NCBI GenBank assembly: GCA_963788515.1
Contig: CAWBGZ010000003.1
Span: 830,768 to 894,767 of the forward strand
DNA length: 64,000 bases
Direction of reading: 5' to 3'
Origin: an uncultured Acidobacteriaceae bacterium
GTDB taxonomy: Bacteria > Acidobacteriota > Terriglobia > Terriglobales > Acidobacteriaceae
Numbering within the stretch: position 1 is the stretch's first letter; each line of letters opens with the position of its first letter. The translations under genes were made by a program, and so were the position numbers. Under the pieces are notes generated by a model. The model saw only the letters and a program-made list of their open reading frames with translations, did not search any database and was not told where the DNA came from. This document shows, one piece after another, positions 58,557 to 64,000 of this stretch.

Positions 58557-59942
58557 ATGAAATCTGCAGTCGGCCTGTCCAGGAGTGATAGGCGCAAACA
58601 AGGAAAAGGGCTGCGCGAAAAACTCCCCCGCACTGCCCATGCCGAATGGAAACCACGCGCAAAGACGCAGGATATCGTCAAACTGCTCGAGGAGTCCGAC
58701 GTCGGCCGAATTCGAGGCCTGCTTCCGGTTAAGTATCAGCGGATGGCGATTTCGCCTTTCACCTTCTTCCGCGGCGCGGCCATGATTCAAGCGCGAGACC
58801 TCGCGAACACGCCGGTTTCAGGGATTACGGTTCAGGCCTGCGGCGATTGCCACCTCGCGAACTTTGGCGGCTTCGCCTCCCCCGAGCGAGTGCTGGTTTT
58901 TGACATTAATGACTTCGACGAAACCTTTCCTGGTCCTTGGGAATGGGACATGAGGCGATTGGGAGCCAGCCTGGTGTTGGCGGCGAGGGATCGGAATTTT
59001 TCGAAAAGTGTAGCCAATCAGGCAGCGCGAGCGGCGGCTGCGTCCTATCGCAAGCGCATGTCTGAGTTCGCCGAAATGACCGTGCTTGACGCCTGGTATG
59101 CAACCGTCGATGTCGCGCAAATCAAAGAGTATTTTCGGAATGACAAGGACATGTCAGCGCGGTTGGCCAGGAAGCAGAAGCAGGCCCGCTCGCAGAACTC
59201 TGAGGCGGTCATTCCCAAGCTAACGGAGGTTGTAAACGGGCGCCGGATGATTAAGGACAGCCCTCCGGTCATCTACCATTTTGACGAATACGCCAAAAAT
59301 GTCGAAAAAGGGCACGCGAAATTCATTGCTCAATACAAGAATTCGCTACAGCTGGATAGGCAAAAGTTGTTCGACCGCTACCGCCTTCAGGACAGTGCAA
59401 TCAAGGTCGTGGGAGTGGGGAGCGTCGGCACGCGCTGTTATCTTTCTCTGCTGCTGGCGGATGGAAAGGATCCACTCTTCCTTCAAGTGAAGGAAGCGCG
59501 CCGGTCGGTGCTGGAGTCGCCTCGCGGAAAAAGTCGCTATGCCCATCAGGGTATGCGGGTGGTGGAGGGCCAGCGTCTCATGCAAGGGGCGAGCGATATC
59601 TTTCTCGGTTGGGCCCGCACCCAGAATCACGATTACTACCTTCGCCAGTTCCGTGACATGAAGGTCTCGGCGGAGATTGAAACCTTCCGTCCTGCAACCC
59701 TGGTTGGTTACGCTACCTTGTGTGGCTGGGCTTTGGCACGGGCCCATGCCAAAGCCGGCGATGCAGCAACAATCGCCGGATACCTGGGAGCGACCGATCA
59801 GTTCGATGTAGCTTTGGCGAAATATTCGGAAGCATACGCCGACCAGGCGGAACGTGACTTCGCAACCTTCAAGGCTGCCATTCGTTCCGGGCGGCTTTCG
59901 ACGGATGCAGAAAAGGGCGCTGGATTGGAGTTCCTGTTGTAG
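58557..59942 (+). CDS. DUF2252 domain protein
   Basis: ATG at 58557 after AAGGAG. Motifs: LPVKYQRMAISPFTFFRGAAMIQARDLANTP, VQACGDCHLANFGGFASPERVLVFDINDFDETFPGPWEWDMRRL. Confidence 0.8.
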   Translation: MKSAVGLSRSDRRKQGKGLREKLPRTAHAEWKPRAKTQDIVKLLEESDVGRIRGLLPVKYQRMAISPFTFFRGAAMIQARDLANTPVSGITVQACGDCHLANFGGFASPERVLVFDINDFDETFPGPWEWDMRRLGASLVLAARDRNFSKSVANQAARAAAASYRKRMSEFAEMTVLDAWYATVDVAQIKEYFRNDKDMSARLARKQKQARSQNSEAVIPKLTEVVNGRRMIKDSPPVIYHFDEYAKNVEKGHAKFIAQYKNSLQLDRQKLFDRYRLQDSAIKVVGVGSVGTRCYLSLLLADGKDPLFLQVKEARRSVLESPRGKSRYAHQGMRVVEGQRLMQGASDIFLGWARTQNHDYYLRQFRDMKVSAEIETFRPATLVGYATLCGWALARAHAKAGDAATIAGYLGATDQFDVALAKYSEAYADQAERDFATFKAAIRSGRLSTDAEKGAGLEFLL

Positions 59943-59973
59943 CCCTTTTGGATCATGGCAACCCTGCTACGGT

Positions 59974-60159
59974 CTACACTCGGGGCAGGGTAAGGATATG
60001 GTAAATGGGAAAGCATAGCAGGACCATGGCGATCACCAGCAGTCCAATCCGGATCGGACGCGTCTTGAAACGCTGACCGATTGCAATCAGCAGCAGCACG
60101 GTGGCTAGCGTCACCGTTGCGCGCACGTATTGTTGAGTCAGCGTCAGGATAATCCTCAA
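59974..60159 (-). pseudogene. C-terminal remnant of a paralogue of 14927-15601
   Basis: QQYVRATVTLATVLLLIAIGQRFKTRPIRIGLLVIAMVLLCFPIYHILTLPRV matches the last ~55 aa of 14927-15601 (DQYVRATVTLATVLLLIAISQRFTTRRVRVGLLVIAMFLLCFPVYHILTLPRA). Nothing upstream is homologous. Confidence 0.7.
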
Positions 60160-60188
60160 TTCGGCTTGAGGTAACGGGGGGGATAGCG

Positions 60189-61592
60189 ATGGATGTCGTG
60201 GTCATCGGTGCTGGCCCCGCGGGTTTGATCGCGGCGCTCAGGGCTGCGGAGTTGGGCACGCGAACGGTGCTTGTAACTCGCGGCAAAGTTGGAGGCATGG
60301 CGGCGAACGACGGCCCTATTCCGGTGCGGACATTCGCTCAGGCAGCCCGGTTGCTGAGGGAAGCTCGACAGCTTGGACGGTTTGGCATCGCTGTGGGCGA
60401 GCCGATTCTTGAATATCACCGGCTACTCGCGCGCATGCGCGAGGTGGTCCATGACGTGGGCGAGCGTTCGACCCGGCGTGAGCACCTTGAACGCATGGGA
60501 GTGACGATTTACGAACACTCTGGCACAGCACGCTTCGTCGACCCGCACACCATCGAGACCGAAAGCGGGCTGCGCCTTCGGGCGGACAAGTTTATCCTGA
60601 GCGCGGGCGGCACGAGCCGGCGACTGGCCATTCCCGGCTTCGAGTGGACTGCCACGCATAGCGAGGCGTGGGGACTGGCCGAAGTGCCTCCATCGATGCT
60701 GGTTGTGGGAGCCGGCGCTACCGGGGTGCAAGTCGCATCCATCTTCCAGGCATTCGGCTCTCGGGTCCAACTCTTTCAGGCCGGCCCGCGCATTCTACCC
60801 ACCGAAGACGAGGATGTGTCTGCCGCAGTCGCGGCCGCCTTCCGGGACGCCGGCATGATCGTGCGCGAGGACTTTGGAACGATCGAATCGTTTGCAAAGA
60901 CACCGGGCGGAGTGCGGATGGTTTTTTCCAAAGACGGCGTGCGCGAGAGTGCCGAGGCTGCGGTCGTTGTGGTGGCGATTGGTTGGGTGGCCGACACAGC
61001 CGGTCTGAACCTGGCGGCGGCGGGCGTCGAGACCAACGCTCGGGGTTACGTGCAGGTGGATGAGTATCTCCAGACCTCCGCTCCCAACATCTTTGCCGCG
61101 GGCGACATCACGGGCCGGCTCATGTTGGTACCGCAGGCGGTCCATGACGGTTTCGTAGCTGCCACCAACGCAGTGCGAGGCGCGAAAGCGACCCTGGGGG
61201 AGCAGGTAAGTCCCATTGGCAGCTTTACTGAGCCGGAGTATGCGCAGGTGGGTCTGACCGAAGCGAAGGCTCGTCAGGGGCACGACGTGGTGGTAGATGT
61301 GGTGCGCTTCGACGAGACCCCGCGCACGATCATCGATGGTCAAACGACTGGGTTCTGCAAGCTGATCACCGACCGCGCGACGGGCAAAATCCTGGGCTGC
61401 CATGTGGTAGGCGAGCGCGCCGTCGAGATCGTGCAGGTGGTGGCGATTGCCATAGCGGCAGGGATGCGGGTGGATAACCTGGCTAGAGTTCCACTCTCCT
61501 TCCCAACCTACGCCGGCATCCTGGGGCGAGCGGCTTACCGCGCTGCGCGGCAGGTCTACCCCGAGTTCCAAGCGGAAGAAATGAACGAGTGA
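60189..61592 (+). CDS. Class I pyridine-nucleotide-disulfide-oxidoreductase-family flavoprotein lacking the redox-active cysteines
   Basis: FAD motif VVVIGAGPAGLIAALRAAELG and NAD motif MLVVGAGATGVQVA, plus a dimerisation domain. The canonical GGTCLNVGCIPSK reads GGMAANDGPIPVR. The C-terminal HPTxxE reads FPTYAG. Confidence 0.8.
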   Translation: MDVVVIGAGPAGLIAALRAAELGTRTVLVTRGKVGGMAANDGPIPVRTFAQAARLLREARQLGRFGIAVGEPILEYHRLLARMREVVHDVGERSTRREHLERMGVTIYEHSGTARFVDPHTIETESGLRLRADKFILSAGGTSRRLAIPGFEWTATHSEAWGLAEVPPSMLVVGAGATGVQVASIFQAFGSRVQLFQAGPRILPTEDEDVSAAVAAAFRDAGMIVREDFGTIESFAKTPGGVRMVFSKDGVRESAEAAVVVVAIGWVADTAGLNLAAAGVETNARGYVQVDEYLQTSAPNIFAAGDITGRLMLVPQAVHDGFVAATNAVRGAKATLGEQVSPIGSFTEPEYAQVGLTEAKARQGHDVVVDVVRFDETPRTIIDGQTTGFCKLITDRATGKILGCHVVGERAVEIVQVVAIAIAAGMRVDNLARVPLSFPTYAGILGRAAYRAARQVYPEFQAEEMNE

Positions 61593-61653
61593 AGCGAAGC
61601 CGGTACTGACCGTCGCGCCTCACTGCAAGGTCGAAGCGGATGAAGTCGATACG

Positions 61654-61953
61654 CTAACGCCAATACCCTGCGACCCAGACATAACCCCCGCTGCGAGGAA
61701 CCCAGCGCCCGGGGATCCACACAACCCCACGATGAGGCGGGTTGACCCAGCGTCCAGGCACCCAGACATAGCGGCCGCCGTACCATCGATAGTATCCAGG
61801 CATCCAGACCCATCCCGGATGCAGGGGTGGTCCCTGACGCTCAACAATGACCGGCGGCGGCGGGCCCGTATGGATAACGACCTGCGCGTTGGCCGCGCCC
61901 ACGGTCAATGTAATCCCGCATAATGCGATCAAGACGCGTCCTTTTACCGTCAT
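61654..61953 (-). CDS. Small secreted WxxGxW/YxWGxW-repeat protein
   Basis: ATG at 61951-61953 after AGGAG. Signal peptide MTVKGRVLIALCGITLTVGAANA, then GWVWMPGYYRWYGGRYVWVPGRWVNPPHRGVVWIPGRWVPRSGGYVWVAGYWR. Confidence 0.7.
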   Translation of the reverse strand: MTVKGRVLIALCGITLTVGAANAQVVIHTGPPPPVIVERQGPPLHPGWVWMPGYYRWYGGRYVWVPGRWVNPPHRGVVWIPGRWVPRSGGYVWVAGYWR

Positions 61954-62008
61954 GGAAATCTCCTGGATCCGACGAGACGATCTTATACGCTGTAACTGCC
62001 CGGGAGCT

Positions 62009-62656
62009 ATGAGGAAAATGACAATCAGTCTGGGGAAGAAGTCCTTGAAGGTCATCGTCGCTTTGACTGTCGTAATGTTCGTGTCACAGGGATTCGTCCT
62101 TGCTTCTTCCCCGACAGGCAAAGGCGAAACGTCCATCATGGCGACCGTTCAGGAATCCCTGGATAAGAAGTCGTTATCGGCGCCACTGATGGAGAGACTC
62201 ATACACGCACTTGCCGGGGAATGGTCCACGGAGGAGACTTACGACCCAAGTGACCTGTTGCCCAACGGCGGCAAGGGACATTCCCAGGATAGCTATCGAA
62301 TCGGCCCGGCTCGCTTGTCGCTGGTTGAGGAGTACCATGGCGACGGCGCCGCCGGGAAATCGTGGGGTACTGGACTCATCTGGTGGGACGCCGAAGCTCA
62401 CGGCTTCCGTTTCGTCTGGTGCGATAGCTATGCGCTAGACCGGGGTTGCCGGGTCTCATCGCAAACAGGCAAGTGGGATGGCGATGACTTTGTGCAGACC
62501 GATGTGCACGAGGTTTCAGGAAAACGGGTGTTCGAGAGGGAAGTCTGGTCCAGTTTTACGGCGAACTCATTCGTACAGACGCTTTACGTTGGCGAGGCGC
62601 CTGACAAGCTGAAGCGATTCATGACGATGAGGGCCACGCGGCTCGCCCGGCCTTGA
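62009..62656 (+). CDS. Secreted hypothetical protein (DUF1579-like, low confidence)
   Basis: MRKMTISLGKKSLKVIVALTVVMFVSQGFVLA is signal-like. The globular part has LAGEWSTEETYDP...GTGLIWWDAEAHGFRFVWCDS. The start could instead be 62018. Confidence 0.5.
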   Translation: MRKMTISLGKKSLKVIVALTVVMFVSQGFVLASSPTGKGETSIMATVQESLDKKSLSAPLMERLIHALAGEWSTEETYDPSDLLPNGGKGHSQDSYRIGPARLSLVEEYHGDGAAGKSWGTGLIWWDAEAHGFRFVWCDSYALDRGCRVSSQTGKWDGDDFVQTDVHEVSGKRVFEREVWSSFTANSFVQTLYVGEAPDKLKRFMTMRATRLARP

Positions 62657-62687
62657 ATCAGGCAGGACTTCGCAGGCAAGCCGGCAA

Positions 62688-63101
62688 CTACATTCTGCTC
62701 TTCTCGGTATTCTTCAATGCGACCTCGGCTTGCAGCAGGACCTTATCTGCATCTTTTACAGGCATGCCGGCCAGAAGCATCTTATAGGAAGTCCGTAACT
62801 GCTCCAGTGCGGCGACCAAGGCAATATTGCTCTCCAGAGTCCACCGAATCCAGTACTCCATCTGTGCTTCGATGACCTCTTTAGGCACTGCGCACTTGCG
62901 GGGTTCCTCAACCGGTTGCACCGGCGTAAGGGCCGGTCGTTGTGACCCAGGGTCGCGCCGCTCTGGAAAAAAATCGAGCTTCCTGCCCAAGAAAAATATC
63001 CGTCGAAATGCGGGCCAGAAGAATAGCGAGAACCAATTGTGGCGCGGCATCGCTTTCGTGTCCGTCGAATGATCCATTGGCGTCGCTGTGTGTAAGATCA
63101 T
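62688..63101 (-). CDS. Hypothetical protein
   Basis: 137-aa ORF. The C-terminal ~65 aa look helical and coding (EVIEAQMEYWIRWTLESNIALVAALEQLRTSYKMLLAG). No family recognised. Confidence 0.4.
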   Translation of the reverse strand: MILHTATPMDHSTDTKAMPRHNWFSLFFWPAFRRIFFLGRKLDFFPERRDPGSQRPALTPVQPVEEPRKCAVPKEVIEAQMEYWIRWTLESNIALVAALEQLRTSYKMLLAGMPVKDADKVLLQAEVALKNTEKSRM

Positions 63102-63255
63102 GCTGGAGAATCCCTTCTACTTCAACAAAACCTGGTGACCTTAACAGGATGACAGATAGAGGGGGCGCAGTCGTTGCGCTCGAGCAACCAAGAGGTTACA
63201 GTTGCCTCGCTGATGCCGGAATGCTAGTCTCCTGACGAGATCTATCTGCGGGGGA

Positions 63256-63936
63256 ATGATGGAAGAGGAGAAGGGAACTGCAATCGCCGCCCGACTGAAG
63301 GCTCCGCGCGCCGGCGCGGTCGCCGGTATCCTGTTCTCAATCCTGTTTATCATTAGCGTGTCGCTGATCCGGCTTTCTGTTCCCGACAGCCCGGGCGATC
63401 CTGGGACTTGGCTTGCCGAGAGCGCAAAGTCCATCCGTCTTGCCCTGGACCTGCTGCCCTTCGCGGGAATTTCCTTCCTGTGGTTCATGGGCGTGCTGCG
63501 CGACCGGATGGGGGTACACGAAGACCGCTTCTTAGCCACCGTGTTTCTGGGCAGCGGGCTCCTGTTCCTCGCCATAGTCTTTACCTCGTCGGCGGTCACA
63601 GGTGCTCTCATGATGGCCTACGAGGCAATTCCCGGAAAGCTGATGGATTCCGCCACTTACACATTTGGCCGCAGCGTGGCCTACGAGCTAGTCAACGTCT
63701 ACGCGTTGAGGATGGCGGGAGTATTCATGATCTCGACCTGCACGATCGATATCCGCATCGGGATATTTCCACGCTGGATGGCGTGGCTCGGCTACGTGCT
63801 CGCCCTTTTTCTGCTGCTGAGCATCGGGCATCTCGGCTGGGCGCCGCTGGTCTTTCCGCTGTGGACGCTGGTGGTGAGCGTGTACGTCCTGTTTGCGAAT
63901 TTTCGACCCAGCCCGCTGGCCAAGTCGGAGGCGTGA
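63256..63936 (+). CDS. Hypothetical multi-TM membrane protein
   Basis: 226 aa with 5-6 hydrophobic helices. No family recognised. The opposite-strand ORF 63141-63611 is judged a shadow. Confidence 0.55.
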   Translation: MMEEEKGTAIAARLKAPRAGAVAGILFSILFIISVSLIRLSVPDSPGDPGTWLAESAKSIRLALDLLPFAGISFLWFMGVLRDRMGVHEDRFLATVFLGSGLLFLAIVFTSSAVTGALMMAYEAIPGKLMDSATYTFGRSVAYELVNVYALRMAGVFMISTCTIDIRIGIFPRWMAWLGYVLALFLLLSIGHLGWAPLVFPLWTLVVSVYVLFANFRPSPLAKSEA

Positions 63937-64000
63937 TTACAGCTACCCTCTTAAGCTCCTCCCATTGCGACTAGTTACGTTCCGTATTTACGAGACGACC

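Overview
This is a 64-kb chromosomal segment that looks GC-rich by eye (not computed). The gene content suggests a soil Acidobacteriota (Terriglobia-like) genome, but that is inference only. Supporting content: a Ser/Thr kinase fused to a TolB/PD40 beta-propeller, DUF1254/DUF1214 proteins, several arylsulfatases plus a formylglycine-generating enzyme, a DUF3300/DUF2950 pair, and many secreted or membrane proteins of unknown function.

I call 47 plausible CDS, 11 pseudogene or remnant features, 2 intrinsic terminators, 10 copies of one intergenic palindrome and 1 REP/MITE-like element. I recognised no rRNA, tRNA, CRISPR array, transposase, integrase, phage gene or known defence system.

Most interesting observations:
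1. A tightly packed minus-strand operon (46.5-50.8 kb) encodes a DUF4136 lipoprotein, an internally duplicated protein of unknown family, a long DyP-type peroxidase and a y4iL-like mini-catalase. The last three families recur elsewhere in the window as a second DyP, a second duplicated protein, a third DyP 3' tail and a catalase remnant. I do not know a characterised system with this composition.
2. A 16-bp palindrome, CTGTCR-N4-YGACAG, occurs about 10 times. All copies are intergenic, 40-330 nt upstream of gene starts, and only between 18 and 51 kb. This suggests a shared operator or regulon.
3. There is extensive, non-random gene decay. An RND efflux operon has collapsed to 1.2 kb. Several genes are broken by multiple frameshifts or internal deletions, and most broken copies have an intact paralogue in the same window.
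4. The divergent gene pair DUF481 / DUF1254-DUF1214 occurs twice, with reciprocal pseudogenisation.

All family names come from motif recognition by eye and need HMM or structure confirmation. Repeat counts come from an eye scan and may be incomplete.
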